Positions 1 to 14,099 of a stretch of DNA of 64,000 nt are shown one piece after another. Every line of letters begins with the position of its first letter. Position 1 is the stretch's first letter. The position numbers and the translations under genes were made by a program. Origin of the DNA: Nageia nagi. Taxonomy: Eukaryota > Plantae > Pinophyta. The notes below the pieces were generated by a model. That model was not told the DNA's origin, searched no databases, and worked only from the letters and a program-made list of their open reading frames with translations. The stretch is from assembly GCA_050084985.1 (NCBI GenBank), contig JBITNC010000001.1:193254001-193318000 (forward strand). The letters run 5' to 3'.

Positions 1-129
1 CAAAAATAAATTTAGAGTTTATTGATTCTTGGATCAGCAATGATGAAGATAAAGGGGATCAATAAGACTCTGCTACAACTATGGATATTCTAAATTGCTT
101 GAGGACAAACAATTTGGGAGGGGTGGAAT

Positions 130-1490
130 TTTAATATCCCCATTTCACCATTGATAAATGGGAACATTAGATTATGAGTACTTTTTCTTATTTTAGGTGT
201 TATTTGGTCAATTAATTGTAAGTTTCACTTGGAGAGTAGTTTAGTACTCCAATTATGGAATGTTGGGTCCTTAGCATATTATGTATAGTTGAGTGTCCAA
301 TTATGCCAATTATGATATATTTATGATACCAAAGCCATTATAATTGAAAATGCAATATTAGTATTTGATATTGAAGTGTTACATATTCCTAACCTTGATG
401 ATTGTAATATTAGCATTTGATTATCCTCTTGTCATTAATGCTCCCCTCTTCAAGGTAGAGCATCCATCTAGGTGATTACATTGACTTCGAGACCCTATGA
501 GGACTTCTATGGTTGGGAATGACAAACTTAGAGAGATATTTGGTATCCTACGGCATCAAAAGGCTCCCCACACTTGGAAATTGGGTTAAGGAGGGCATCT
601 ATACCCCTATGTTGAGCATTTGGAATCCTTAGGATCCCACATCACACTCTTAAAGGGTTGCTAGCTTATTGTGTTGATACTAAGGCACATTGAAGTCTTC
701 CTTGTCCAACATTGGTATTCTTTACCCTTGGATGTGATTACACTCATCCCAAGGCATCCTATCTTAGATGTTGGCATTAAGAGCACCCGTATCATTCTTG
801 TAATTCATTAAATCGACTCAAATTGAGATTAGAAGATCAACCACCTCACCTATATGAGGACTCTTGGAACATAAGAGATGTTGAATTGATTATTAAACCC
901 CCTTTTTAGATTGAGTGTAAGAACTCTATCTTTGCCACTTGTAGGTGCCAGTCTTCATTTGAGGTCTTAAGGTGATTGAAGGATATCCTCTTGCTTACTC
1001 CATCCATTCAAGAGAGGAACTATGATTACTCCATTGTTTGCGAAGTAGGGAAGCCCTAGGCTTGGCCTTATGGTTGTTGCGATTAGTGAGTCCCTAGAGT
1101 TGTCTATAATAAGCCTATTGGAGGTTACCTTGGTGTAAGCTCCTTAGGTACAAAAATACCAATTACTACAACACTATCTCAAGCTATTGTAATTGAGGTT
1201 CTCTCTTGTTCCGTAATACAATCACCTTATTTTGCTATTATCTCATAATTGCTTAGACATTGGATCTAGAAGTGTGTTTGGCATTGTTTATTCATGTTTG
1301 TCTTCCTAATCACCTACATTGAGTAATTAAGTATAATTGTGGATTATTTATTCATGTTTGTCTTGTCAGTAGCTACACATTAGATGTATTGTATCATTTT
1401 GTGCTTGATTGGTAAGATTTGGAGGTGAAAGGCAAACATTCATCTCCTAGGGCATGTTTGATCATTAGCGAATGACTTGGGCTTATCATA
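130..1490 (+). mobile_element. 3' LTR of a Ty3/Gypsy element whose body lies left of the window
   Basis: Preceded by cttgaggacaaacaatttgggaggggtggaat (pol end plus polypurine tract). Decayed termini tttaatatcccc...atcata. Collinear along its length with the solo LTR at 60323-62823 once that LTR's internal insertion is removed. Confidence 0.8.
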
Positions 1491-3019
1491 GAATGATTTA
1501 CAAGTGAAGTGCTCATGAATGATTGTGGCTTGCATTGATGTTGAAATGACTCAAGGAAGATCCTATTTATAGGTTTGGGACAATGGAGATAGCCAAAACC
1601 CAAAACAAGGTGTGTTAGTTGAAAGCAATGAGGATAGTTGATCAAAAATTAAAAATGAACAACTAAGATAGGAATGCAATGCTCCTCACATAGCTCAATA
1701 AGGAGTGTTGTACAATATTTTGCATCGATGGTCCAGATTGATCAAGAGGGCTAAAGAGGTAGGTGGTGGTTACAAAGTATGTTTTTTATTTATTAAGATA
1801 GGTGTAAATCATTAAATGAGCACCTTAAGAATGCTAATGAAGGATTAGGCTTAGGTTAAACATGATTAGGATGATAGAGGATGTTTAAGTGATGATTGAC
1901 AAGATAAGGCCAAGTAAGCAACAAAGGGAATATTATGATATTTTTAGGTCTCAACATGTGATCCTTTTTTGTATTATGTTTTAAAACTATGGTAAAGTAC
2001 AATACAAAAATGATGAGAGACACGATTGATCAATGAGGGGAGTGATATGAGATATTTAACTGATGATGATAAAGATCAAATTCTCCAAATCAACAAATTT
2101 GTGATTCTTGGGTTTTAAAATCACAGATAACATTTAAGTGGATTTGATAAACTTCAAAATGACTTGAAACTGAAAATGATATTATTTTGTTCTTACGTTG
2201 GATTGCCATTAAGCATTAGAAACCTAGCACCATTTTGAAGTTTGATTTGAGTTTGGATTCTATTTTTGACCCAACAAAAGAAGGGCTAATGATAGTTTGA
2301 AACTTAATTGTTGGAATGATGTTCTCACATGATAAGAGAAAAATTATTTTCAATCATGAGCAATTGATAAGATAGAAGGATGTGATGATTTCCCGTTTAA
2401 ATGACAAGTTAAGGAGGAATAAATGAAGTGATGAGATAGTTTAAAGAAGAGAAATTTGAAGAAAATAATTAAAAAATGTCAAGAAAAAGGAGTGCACATG
2501 CTCCAATCTTAGGGGAGTGCACTCTAAGCAAAATGTGATAGGAGCATTGCACTCCTAGTGAGCATAATAGGATAAAAGGGTGACCAATTGTCTGTTTGTA
2601 ATTTACTAGCTTGTAGTATGTTAGTTCATATAGGTTTGAAGAGGAGCAAGCATGCGATTTGAGATGATGTTACCACAAAAGGAGGTTGACAAGGTGCAAA
2701 GAAGGCCACAAAGTGGGCAAAGTTAGGTATGTTAGTTTATGTTCTTTGATTGATGAATTTTTTTATCAAGGGGTAAATTTAAGATCATTTATGATTATTT
2801 TATGGGTTAAGAACCGTATGGCTCCAGTTGGAGCTCATGCACTTTGAGTGGAGCATGTACATTCTAATAGGGAACATACATTTTGCAAGTTAAGAAAAGG
2901 GAGGGAATAATTTTTATTAAAAAGGGAGTGTGTGTGCTTGGTGTAGAGCATAGGCACTTTGTGTGAAAATTAGCTTTAAAAAAAAAAAGCAAACCAAAAA
3001 ATATTTGCAAACTAGGGTG

Positions 3020-4750
3020 ATGACACCTCAAGGTGGTTTGAATCCTAGATTCTTTAAGCTATGAGTAGGGTTGGTGGCTGATGAAGTTGATCTTTATGAT
3101 CTTGGATTTGTATGGGTGCATTAGATTGAATGGATGTGAGTGAATGTGAACATGTTGATTGCTTTGATAAGATTATGGGATGATAATACTTTTACATTCC
3201 ACTTACCCACTAGTGAGATGACATTGATCCCTGAGGATATCTATCAGATTTGGCACCTACCAATAAAGGGCAATGCGGTTGCTATGGAGATCGATGTATC
3301 ATAGCAAATGGTTATCTTACCATGGTTGTACAATGAATATGTAGAATGTCAACTTGTATTAAGGATAGATAGTGGTTCCATTTGTTTCTATCCATGTTAC
3401 TTTGAGGCCTCTAAGGAGAATTGCTTGATGACTTTATTGATGTTGGCTATTACTTTTTTTTATGGAGCTTCAACACTATTTTAGCAAATATGATTGAGAA
3501 TTATATTGTATATACATGGGGGACCCAACTTCTAGCTTAGTGATATAAAGAGATGTCCAAATAGGATCATAAGGCACTCAATGGACTTAGTATGAGTGTG
3601 ACTTTATGGTCTTGGGTGTATGAGCATATATTATATATCAACCTTTGGGGTTGTTATATGATATTCATATCCATTTGAGTTCTAAGGTTGTGTATTTTCT
3701 AAGGTGAAGCCAAGAGGATGAGAGCTAGGTTTTTGTGGGCATTGATCATGATGAGATACATTAAATTCAAGTGTTGCAGAGCTTGAGATATTAGGATGTC
3801 ATGTAGCATCCATACTTAGTAGGTATGGTATGGAGTAATGATGAGGTGTAACTCCAATAGGCTAGAAAGGAGTGTTGGATAATTGGTCAAAGGTTGGATC
3901 ACCTTGAATAAATCTAGATAGGAAGAGTGATGCAATAGATCATCCTTGAGTAGGATGCTCCACCTCTAGTGGTTCCATATAGCAAATTCTAAGAAGATGA
4001 TCAACTATAAGGCTAGTTTTTAGAGGTAGTGGTTATGGATCTTACAAGTTTTTATTTTACAACAATGGATGATGCAACATTGACACCAACATATGATGCA
4101 TGGTAGGCATAATAGTTGGGTCAAGAGAGATGGATCCAATGTAGGGTTGCTGAAAGTAGCCATAGTCAATAGGTGATTGATTATGTGGTTTCATACTCAA
4201 TATGAGATAATGAGAATCCCAATGATCCAGACTATAAGATAACTTTGGAGGAGGAGAATGTGATGAAAGTACATAGAGTAGAGTAAGATGCTCGACAACA
4301 TTCTTTGATAATAAGGGAGTCAGAGTTGTCTACAATGGAGGAAAAACTAGCAACATTAGAGGCTAGGATTTCTATAGTGGAGGCATAAATAGCTTGGTTG
4401 GATTAGATTTGTAGTACCCAAGATTGGTATAGACAAAATATGGATAAGGTTCAATAGGAGTTGCTTGTGGCACAACAAAGGGATGTTAGGGGTGAGTGTG
4501 TTAGCATTGCAGGAATAAGTTGCAAAGTCAGCTAAGGAGGTGAACTACTATAAGAGGATTATGTTGTTGAGGGTGTCAGGTGCTCGTTTTACAAGACATA
4601 GAGTGTTGGTGTATGTCCATTTGTACCGTGGATCTATTCTTCTTATAGATTTGGTAGTTCCTCACATATTATAATTGGTACTAGTGCTCGCGATGCAATA
4701 GGTATTCATAGTGTAGAAGGTACTCATGGAATCCTTGGTTGTGGTAGGTC
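3020..4750 (+). pseudogene. Plant mobile domain (PMD, aminotransferase-like, MAIN/MAIL family) ORF relic 1
   Basis: From 3152 reads MLIALIRLWDDNTFTFHLPTSEMTLIPEDIYQIWHLPIKG, and WVYEHI near 3615; these are PMD signature motifs (W...T.TFHLP.GEMT.T.EDV; LQ.W.YEH). Coiled-coil-like tail; many stop codons. Confidence 0.85.
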
Positions 4751-5698
4751 TTAGTGTTTATTAACTCTACATGGGTGACTTAAGTTGTGATTGTTGTGAT
4801 ATATTTTTGGTTTTCTTATGAACCTTGAGTAGCATATTGTAGCCTTTAAAAGGCATATTTTCATGATGTACTTAATCCAGTTCATATGATATATGATGTT
4901 TGTGGTTTTGCATTTATGAATGTGGATGTTGTGCATGTATGTGTTTTATGCGTGTATGGACCAAACTATTTAGAGAATATTTAGGGGTTGACTTCCATCC
5001 TAGCACATGAAGAACGAGCTCTAGTTAATGTAATCGATATTACAAAAGATATCATTCAAGGGCCTAGATAGGATTTAAACTCTATGAGAGGTGAAATGAT
5101 ATAATAAAGCAATGATGGAGAAAGAAAAAGAGGATGGTAAAAAATTTATCAAATTTATCATCAATCTTTCAAAGAATCTTCCCCTAGAATCATAGTGGTA
5201 CATCAGATGAATTGAAGACCTTGATGTATCATGCTCATGAGGATGAATTGTATCCTCATTGGGAAGTTGGATTTAAAAATATATAATGAAAATATTGAAT
5301 TGAATTTGAAAATAAGAATTTTTCAAAATAAGAAAGGTGTATGGTTGAATCCTTTTGAAAAGCTGCAAAAGAGAAGATAAATCTTGACTCCTTCCCCACA
5401 CATACACTAGTGACTCGAGATTTATGCTTTAACTTTGCTTTATGTGTAAGCTTTATTTATTATTTTTTGTATGAAACCAAACTAAGGTCTCTATAAAATA
5501 CTTTGCTTCTATAGATGATATATCTAGAACCAAGAAGGACTAATTGTTTAAGATGCAAAATGGTTGTAAGGCTATGGTGGAATGTATTGGCTATGCAAAG
5601 ATGAGGATAGAAATATGCCCTAGCTAAGACAGAGAGAGATTTGATATACTTATTTAATCACTTTCATAAAATATTTATTAATTTTGCTATATATGTGT

Positions 5699-6075
5699 CT
5701 TCCTTTTCCATTCTACATTCATGTCCCTAGCTAGATGACATCTTATTATATAAAGGAAGGATTTTGCCTTTGCTTTTGATTTTTTTTCTCTTGATTTGCT
5801 TTCTTTTCCATTCTACATTCATGCCCTTAGCTAGAGGACATCTTATTGAATAAAGGAAGGATTTTTCCTTTACTCTTGATTTTAATTTTTTCTCTTAATT
5901 TGCTTTCTTTTCCATTCTACATTCATGACCTTGACTAGAGGACATCTGATTGGATAAAGGAAGGATTTTTTCTTTGCTATTGATTTGCTTCCTTTTTTCT
6001 TCTACATTCACATCCTTTGCTAAATGACATCTTATTAGATAAAGGAAAGATTTTTTCTTTGCTTTTGATTTTGCT
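5699..6075. repeat. Tandem array of four ~90-105 bp units inside the host Gypsy element
   Basis: Core ttttccattctacattcatg.cc.tagctaga.gacatcttatt..ataaaggaaggatttt recurs at ~5700, ~5800, ~5905 and ~5990. Confidence 0.9.
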
Positions 6076-7169
6076 TCATGGATTTTTCAATTCACACTTG
6101 CTTTTGCTTTGCTTCTTGGATTTTTTATTTTTCTCTTGCTCTTGCTTTTTCTTCTTGGATTTTTTATTTTTCTCTTAAAGATAATCTTGAATAGGACTTA
6201 TGAAGCTCCTTTGACTTAAGCAATTTTATGGGGTTTAAAGTGTCTAATGGAGTCTAAATGAATGTAGAGACAAAGAGGATGTGAACCTATGAAGGTGTAT
6301 AAAGCAAAAATTTGTTGGATAAGAAGGTGATATCTTTGACTTCTTGATTTAAATATGTTGATATATTATCAACTTCATCAATAGCATAGACAAAAGTGCA
6401 GCTTCATATATTTCTATTTTATTTTTATTAACGTTATGTATAAGTTCAAGTATAAAAGGGTCAAAGGTGAATGATGTTGATTGGCTCAAAAAATGGTTCA
6501 CCCTTGAATGTGGCTAATCAATAACCATTTGATCTATACTTATGAGTGACGATGAATGGACTAAGTGAGTTGGGCACAAAATTTTTAGGATCATATATGA
6601 ATCTCTGAGTAAGCTGATTTGGAATTTTGCATATTACTTTGAGATAAGAGTCCCCCTTATATTTGTGTTAAATGGTCATATGATGTTCAACAATAGGAAC
6701 TTTGTCAACCATGTTCACTAACTAGAGATGATGTATTGTATTGTTGTTTCTAGCTTTTGTTTGAATATAAAGAGACAGGTATCATAATTACCCCAATGGA
6801 AAGATCAAAATATTTATCATTAGATAAATATTCATTAAAATAATTAGGTATCAATGAAATGGTAGTATCAAATTTTGTGATGTCTTCTCCACTTTCTAAG
6901 GAAGAAGATGGGTTCTCTTTATATTCAAGAGGATATTATGAAGTAGAAGATGTTTGATATCCAATTCCATTCATGTCTTTGGGAATTCTATGGATGAATT
7001 TCAAAGGATTATGAACTCCATACTCATATTTGATCCCTAGGTTAAAGCCTTTCCAACCACATTTGTTTTTGAAATGCTTCTCAATGTTAATGTTGACAAA
7101 GTTAGCTACTTACTCTCTAACTTTATAAGAAGAAGCGAAAGGGGTTAACATAGGAATAAATAAGGATGT

Positions 7170-8594
7170 CACTACTACAATATGATAATTTAGCATCAGC
7201 ATGGGTATCATCCTTTTTTAAAAAATATCATTACAACATTTACGTAAAATGACATCAAATAACATCAAATTTTACTTTTTTGCAACTTTTCAAAGGTCAT
7301 GATGCCAAAAATGATGTTATTCCTAACGTATAACATTAAATGGCATCAGATATAGCATTAATAAATTCTAGAAATAAAAAAATATACAAATCATGCACAT
7401 GGATTGTGATTGTTTACATATCAACTATAGATTAAACCCCTTAATCGATGGTTAATACATACATCAAGGACTCTTTAAAAGTGGATTTCTATGAAATGTT
7501 ATGGTTGTGAATGGTGGATTTCCATAAAATATTAAATACTCTTTAAAATTATACAATGCACATTTTTCTTATTATAGATACAAATGCATGTTGCTCTTTA
7601 TGATCTTTAACTCTTGTAGATTGCATTACCAACAATGCCCTTTGTGATGGAAAGCTCCTTCATTTTCAATCACATTGATCTATAAATATTTTGATTGTAT
7701 AACTGAACAACATATATTCTCATGGAATATAATAATTTTAGGTTACAAAATATATGTCTTTCCTTGATAGGCATTGATATTATTTCACAAAATAGAACAA
7801 ACAACAATAGTATTCCACCAAATCAATTTAAGTTTCCCATCATCCTCAAAGAATGCACCAAACTGGGAGATTTGCAACAATGTTTATACATACATAAAAT
7901 ACTCTTTAATATAATTTCATATTACCAAATATATCAATTTCTTGGATAAGCATTCACACTAGTTCACCAAATGCAATAAATAGTAGCACTATCCCAAGCA
8001 TATTAAGTCAGCTTTCCCAATATCCTTAGGAGATTCACAATAGATTTTAAACATAGATAAAGACTATTTAAAAGTAGATTTCATGGATTGAAATGATTGT
8101 AAGATATGAATTAAATAATTAATTTTATTTTTTTTTATGAACTTCTATATTTTGATGCTAATACTATTGCAATACTTGATGCCCCACATCATCTAGTGAT
8201 GCAATACATAATGCAATACCTAATTCCATGTGTTGTCTAGTGATGTAATACCTTATACTTTATGATGCTAGTGCTGATACCACTTGATGCACCTTGAATC
8301 TAAATTTGACGTTGTTATTAATGCCTCATGATGCTAAAATTGATGCATCATGATGCTAGTAGTGATTCCCTATGATGCCAAATGTAACATTGTTATTGAT
8401 GTTGCATGATGCCAAAAGTAAGATTAGTGTCTAACATTGTGTGACTCTAATTACGATACCAATTATGATGTCTATACTAACTAATACATTAGCAAATCCC
8501 ATGGAATTAGAAAATAAGTCAAAAGGTGTTTTTTTAATAAATACATTACATCATGATACTAGCTTTGACGCTTGACATAATTTATTTGGTAGTG
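7170..8594. mobile_element. Non-autonomous CACTA (En/Spm) element, 1425 bp
   Basis: Begins CACTAC at 7170 and ends GTAGTG at 8594. 3-bp TSD TGT at 7167-69 and 8595-97. Subterminal (g/a)catca repeats on the left and tgatgc repeats on the right. Confidence 0.85.
7681..7980 (+). pseudogene. PLS-class pentatricopeptide repeat (PPR) gene fragment captured in the CACTA element
   Basis: From 7681 reads YKYFDCITEQHIFSWNIIILGYKIYVFP**ALILFHKI, then after a frameshift IPPNQFKFPIILKECTKLGDLQQCLYIHK. This matches the consensus FD.M.ERN..SWN..I.GY......EAL.LF..M and PN.FTF..VLKAC..LGDL..G..IH. Confidence 0.8.
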
Positions 8595-10014
8595 TGTGTA
8601 AGGTTGAACAATGATAAGCTTATTTGAAGTTATGAAAATGTCATGATAGATTGAGGCATTATTGCAAAATTCAAATGGGTTGGTATCAGTAAGCACATTG
8701 TGGATAATGCCATCATTTTCATACTTTAAATAATGGTGAAGGGTGGAAGGAATGCAATGCATCTCATGAATCCTAGGTCGACCAAGGATAAGGTTATAAT
8801 GAAGGTTTCCTTCAATGATATAATAGAGGGTATGCAACATTCAAACTCCCATAAAAATGAGTAAGATGATGGTTTTAAGGGTTGGATAACAAAAATCATT
8901 AAAGGTTCTTTATTATAACCAAAATAATAATTATTAGGGTTATTTATAGAATAATTAAATTTGCCAAATAACTATGAAATAACAGAAAATCGATGACATG
9001 AAAGATGATAATGACCTAATTGACCTTGACCTATCAAAATTGGATTTGCGAAAGATACAAACTTGTACTTTACATGTGATGATGAATGAAAGTGAAATTC
9101 AATTGAAAAAGGATGAATGATAAGCTTTCCCAAAACATAAAGCCATCAATCCGACCTCAACCTAGTGGTAACACTAGAAACCTAACAATGCCACCCAATT
9201 ACCATTCCAGAATGCCTCACCCTTTTGCTCAATGTCATCATCCAATATTCTATCCACATAATTTTGCTTGTGAAGGGATGAAAGAATGCAGGAATGCAAA
9301 GCTTAGTGTACAATAAAATCTAGATATAATAGGTGATGTTAAGAAAAACTGGTCAATATTGAGACAAGTATATTACCACCTATCAAGGACTCAAGATTAT
9401 ATCATGTCATATCATATATTTTATTATGCACAACCCCTCCACCTTTATAGGCAATAGGTCTAGTGCTAAGGATCCTCCTTACACTTATTATGATGTTGAC
9501 ATTACTTGTTGCCACAAAACATAAAGGTAGATGAGAGTGCACATGAAAAAGAGCATTTATTTAATAAATTAAATTAATTATTTCAAATATCTAAAAGAGT
9601 ATTTTAATTAAATGAAAATTCCTTTTTTAGTGTTAAAAAATGGCTCACTTTGAATACGTTTTGATACTTTTGTGACAAAGATAATCAAAGCATAAATTCA
9701 AAGTATAACAAGAAAAGTAGGAGGATACTCTCTAAAAAGTTGTGTCTTGGTGGTAGCTTCAGATATCCATATTTTTGCTTATATTATGCCCCTCTTTAAC
9801 TTGGTTGCAACATGATGGACCTCTCATCATAGGAGAAATCCAAGGCAAAGAAAAAGGTACTTGAAAAGAGCTTACATAAGAAATATTTTTACACAAGATA
9901 TCTCAAATATAAACATTAAACATCATGATATGAATAGAATGATAAGAAAAGAAAATTGTCCTTAATGAATTACCCACTAAGATGAAGAAGATGATTACCA
10001 ATTTAGATTGATCA

Positions 10015-10300
10015 AATTGATTTCTCAAGCCACTATGTTTCCATGGATTTTGATATGAATGGTCCTTCTGTACAAAGGTACCAAATGATAAGATTGACCC
10101 TTCCTTACAAAGGCATCGAATGATAAGAATGACCAACTTTTTTTCCTTAGCTAGTATTTCTATGGATTTACTAATAAGAGTGTCTCTTCCTTACAAAGGA
10201 GGCTAATGATATGAGTGATCAACTTGGTTTCTCAAGCCACCATGTTTCCATGGATTTGTTGATAAGAGTGTCCCTTCCTTACAAAGGAGGCCAATGATAA
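10015..10300. repeat. Degenerate tandem repeats in the 3' region of the nested element
   Basis: ttccttacaaagg occurs three times and tttctcaagccac...gtttccatggattt twice, followed by many ttgataagc-like motifs to ~10740. Confidence 0.7.
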
Positions 10301-12013
10301 ACAACAATATGATATGAAAATATTTTGACCATATGATAAGCATTATTTATGATGAGCATCAATTTAGAAAAGGAATGATAAATATTATATATTGATAAGC
10401 ATATATTTGAAAAAAGGAATATTTTGATAAGCAATTGTTAAGAAAACATCTGTTTAGCAAAGCAAGATGAGCAAGATTTGATAAAACTATGAGAAGTAAT
10501 ATATATGACAAGCAATTATGCACATTTCATCACAATGTTCATTGATAAGCAATTCTTGACAAGATATGTAACTAATCATTTGATAATTAGATTTTTGATG
10601 TAGCATTGTTTGAAATTTTATAGAAATGCATACTGATAAGAAAAAAATGAACATTTATATGTGATATGAAGACTGAAAAGAGCATTCTTGAAGCATATAT
10701 TTTTTTTTGAAACATGACAAGCTATATGATACAAATGTAATTTTGATCAATCGTTATACATAAATGAAAATCATAGACTTTTTTCCTCCTTTAAACACAC
10801 ATACAAAGTATGGAAATAAAAATCCATTTTAAATTATTAGTTTAACCTAGTGATAATGCTAGGAACATAGCATTGATGCTAGGATAAGGAAACCAATTTT
10901 GAAGAATGATAATTTTGGTAGGTCTATGCCACAATCATGAAGTGAAAAAGAACAAAAATTTACAAGAACATAGAATGTAAAGAAAAATTTAATGATCATT
11001 TCATTTTAGTTTTTACTAATTTTCCCTGAGAGGGGTTTTTGACAATTTACATTTTATTGCAAACAACAATTAACATTTTTATTGTATGCAAGTAAAGAGT
11101 TTATTTTAATCATAAATTTTGAGAATAAATGAGCATAGGAGCCCAATGGTATCACTACAATACAAGGTCAATGCACCATTAAAGGGATGATAAGGTGTCG
11201 AGCAAAAGAACACAAATGGGCATGTGGATATTTGATGATAAAACAAGGTCTAATTTTGGTTGATCATCAAGGATAAGTAGTAAAATTGAATAAAAAATTC
11301 CAATTAGTTTATAAATAGGTAGAATTGGGTCTCATTTGTACATTTTCAATTTGGCAATTTAAGCTCTGGTCCTCAATATCTTAGGTGTCCTACTCAGCTT
11401 ATGTTGAGGTTGCAATGTGCTATTAGCTTGTTGGTTGCATTCATTGTTTACATGGCTTGTCAGATTACTTCATAACAAGGTCACTAATCTTTATTTGTTC
11501 ATTATTCTTTTGAGGGGCACTAGGTACCAAAAAATTTCTCATATTCTTGGTTTATGCATCATTTAGAAGGTTTTTGATGGTTTACTTTTTTAATTTGGTC
11601 CAATTTTTGCTAAATTTAAAAACAAATCAAAACATAGGGGGTAAAAATGTAGGGCCAGGTTTTTACATGCATGGAGGGAAATAAAATACATTTTTACCAT
11701 ACAAACTATGATAAAATTGATGGGTATAAAAAAATTGGAAATTGGAGGCTAAAATGAGGCAACGCCACTAGGATTGTGGTGTCGCCACTAGGATGAGATT
11801 TTTAAAAAAATAGCAAAATAACCTTCATTTGGGCTCATGAGATATGATTAGGCTTGTAATTTTTTAAAAACACATCATCAGATTTGAAAAATAACATGAA
11901 AAGCAACATGTTTTAAGTTTTTATATTTTTAAAATTTGATATTTTTTCGTTACTAATATATTTCATGTTTGATATCGATGCAAGATCAAGCCTACTTGAT
12001 GAGATAGGAGCTA

Positions 12014-13500
12014 TGGAGTCCAAGTATGGACATGGTTGTAGACTTTGTGCTAACTTCATAGGAGAGAGGATGGCTAGAGTCATCCGAACTTAGTCACTTG
12101 AGGGACATCATGTGCATCCCATGTGACAAGTATTGTTTGACTACCTTATGGAGCATTGGTGTGATGACACCAACATATTCCACTTACTGATAGGTGAGAT
12201 GAATATCACCCTAACTGATATTCATCACATTCTATAGGTACCTATTAAGGGTTCATTGATTCAGATGGTTACTTGGACTATGGCAAAGATGGAGGATCTA
12301 TGTTACTAGTTGATAGGGATTAGGCACTATCAATAATAGAAGGGTGTGCCCCTTCATAATACAATTTACATGCTCTTAGAGTATATTAATTTTACTAGGT
12401 ACTTTAGACTATATGTTGCAATTCTTATTGACACAATCCTATGTAATGATAAGAACCATGAGTGCTTCCATACTGCATTCATTCCCATAGTGCAAGGGAT
12501 ATACCTTCATGGGGAGAGGTAAGTATGGGCACCTTGTATATTGGCCATGCTATGTAGGGATATTCATATTTTTATTTCTATGAAGAAGGGAGGTAGGATT
12601 ATTGTTCATTCATTTATTCTACAAGTATGGGCATATGAACATATATTGTAGCTTGTAACTATCTTCCTACAATTACATGGGCAGACATGCTTCATAGGTT
12701 TCTATGGTAGAAATTACAATAGGTAGGGATGACACAAGGAGTTAGAGTAGTGTTGGAGACTACTAGATCTACTATATGAGGATGATTTACTTTAGGATTC
12801 ATACTTTGACTTGCCAATATGGGAGGAGTAAAATGAGGAGCTAATATGGAGTATGACTCCATATCATATCCAGGGTCGTAGATAGGTGACCAAGTTCTAT
12901 TAGCTATACCATGTTCTCAGGCAATTAAGCATGACACAAGATGTATCCATACTGAGAGTGTGGTCAAATATGGTTAGATACTATCACTATCAAGAGATTC
13001 CATCAAGGTTGATGGTTGTCCCAACGTGGAGTGCAGAGTGGGTTGCACTAGAGGATCATACCCCTAGGGTGGCCACCCCTTTTCATTAGCATACTCTAGA
13101 GTATCGATAGTTGTGGGACTCAATGAGACCCATCCCATTTTGGTATTGAGGATGAGGAGGGGGGTGAGGCATAGGGAGAGGAGGAGGTAGGGGAGGAGGA
13201 GGAGGAGGATAAGGAGGAGATCGAGAATTTGAAGGAGGATCCCATGAATGTGGATTATCATCCACCACCTACTCAACCAGTAGACCCATTAACACCATCC
13301 TCATCATGAGTTGCAACTCCCCTAGTGGATATCTTAGGTACACTTAGACTTTAGGTATTTGGTTATTGGATTATTTTTGAAGAGGAAAATTAAAAATAAT
13401 CTTTTTGATATAGGGCTAGAGACTCAAGTGGCAATGCTACAAGTGCAGGTTGCAAGCCTACAACTGCAATTGAAGGCTTGAGATGACCAAAAAGGTATCC
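12014..13500 (+). pseudogene. PMD ORF relic 2 with acidic tract and coiled-coil tail
   Basis: MEHWCDDTNIFHLLIGEMNITLTDIHHIL*VPIKG at ~12148-12255 and LQVWAYEHI at ~12620-12645. GAG-rich acidic tract at 13147-13230. Confidence 0.85.
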
Positions 13501-14099
13501 TTCAAAGATAGATAAGCATAAAAATATAGTTTTATGAAAAATAATTTGTAAACATAATGATTTAGGCAAGCATGAACATACAAAAGCTTAAAAAATAAAA
13601 AATAGTCATAATAGTTTTAAGCATAACAAAGCAACAACATTAGACTACAATGGTAGTGCTTGAATAAGGAGCAAAAATGGAAATAAAAATAAAACACATG
13701 CTCAGGACATGGCCTAATTAATATAAAAAGAGTTCTAAATTTTGACAAACAGAAAGGAACACAACACTTATATACTAGTATCCAATTCATCAAATTTGCT
13801 AATCATTTACTAGAAAGCATGGAAATAAAATAAGTACATATACATTTTTGTAATAAAACATATACATGAGAAACACCATATCAATTTTTTGATGAAATAA
13901 CACTAGGAATGGAGTGGCAACGTTAGGTTCTAGTGTTGTCACTCGGTTATTAAAATAGGAAGACATACAATTTAAAGCTAAACATTACAAATTATGACCA
14001 AACAAAAATAAAGAAATGTACAAATAGAAAATACGATGAAACAATTTATGGAATACCCCAAACACCATCAATATCAAGGACCATACTTGGAACCGATTA

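Noticed and set aside
8350-8364. tagtagtg as the right end of the CACTA element
   Set aside because: No matching TSD, and subterminal repeats continue; the 8594 end has the TGT duplication.
13064-13276. Proline-rich and leucine-rich minus-strand ORFs resembling an extensin or signal peptide
   Set aside because: They are the reverse complement of the GAG-rich acidic tract of PMD relic 2.
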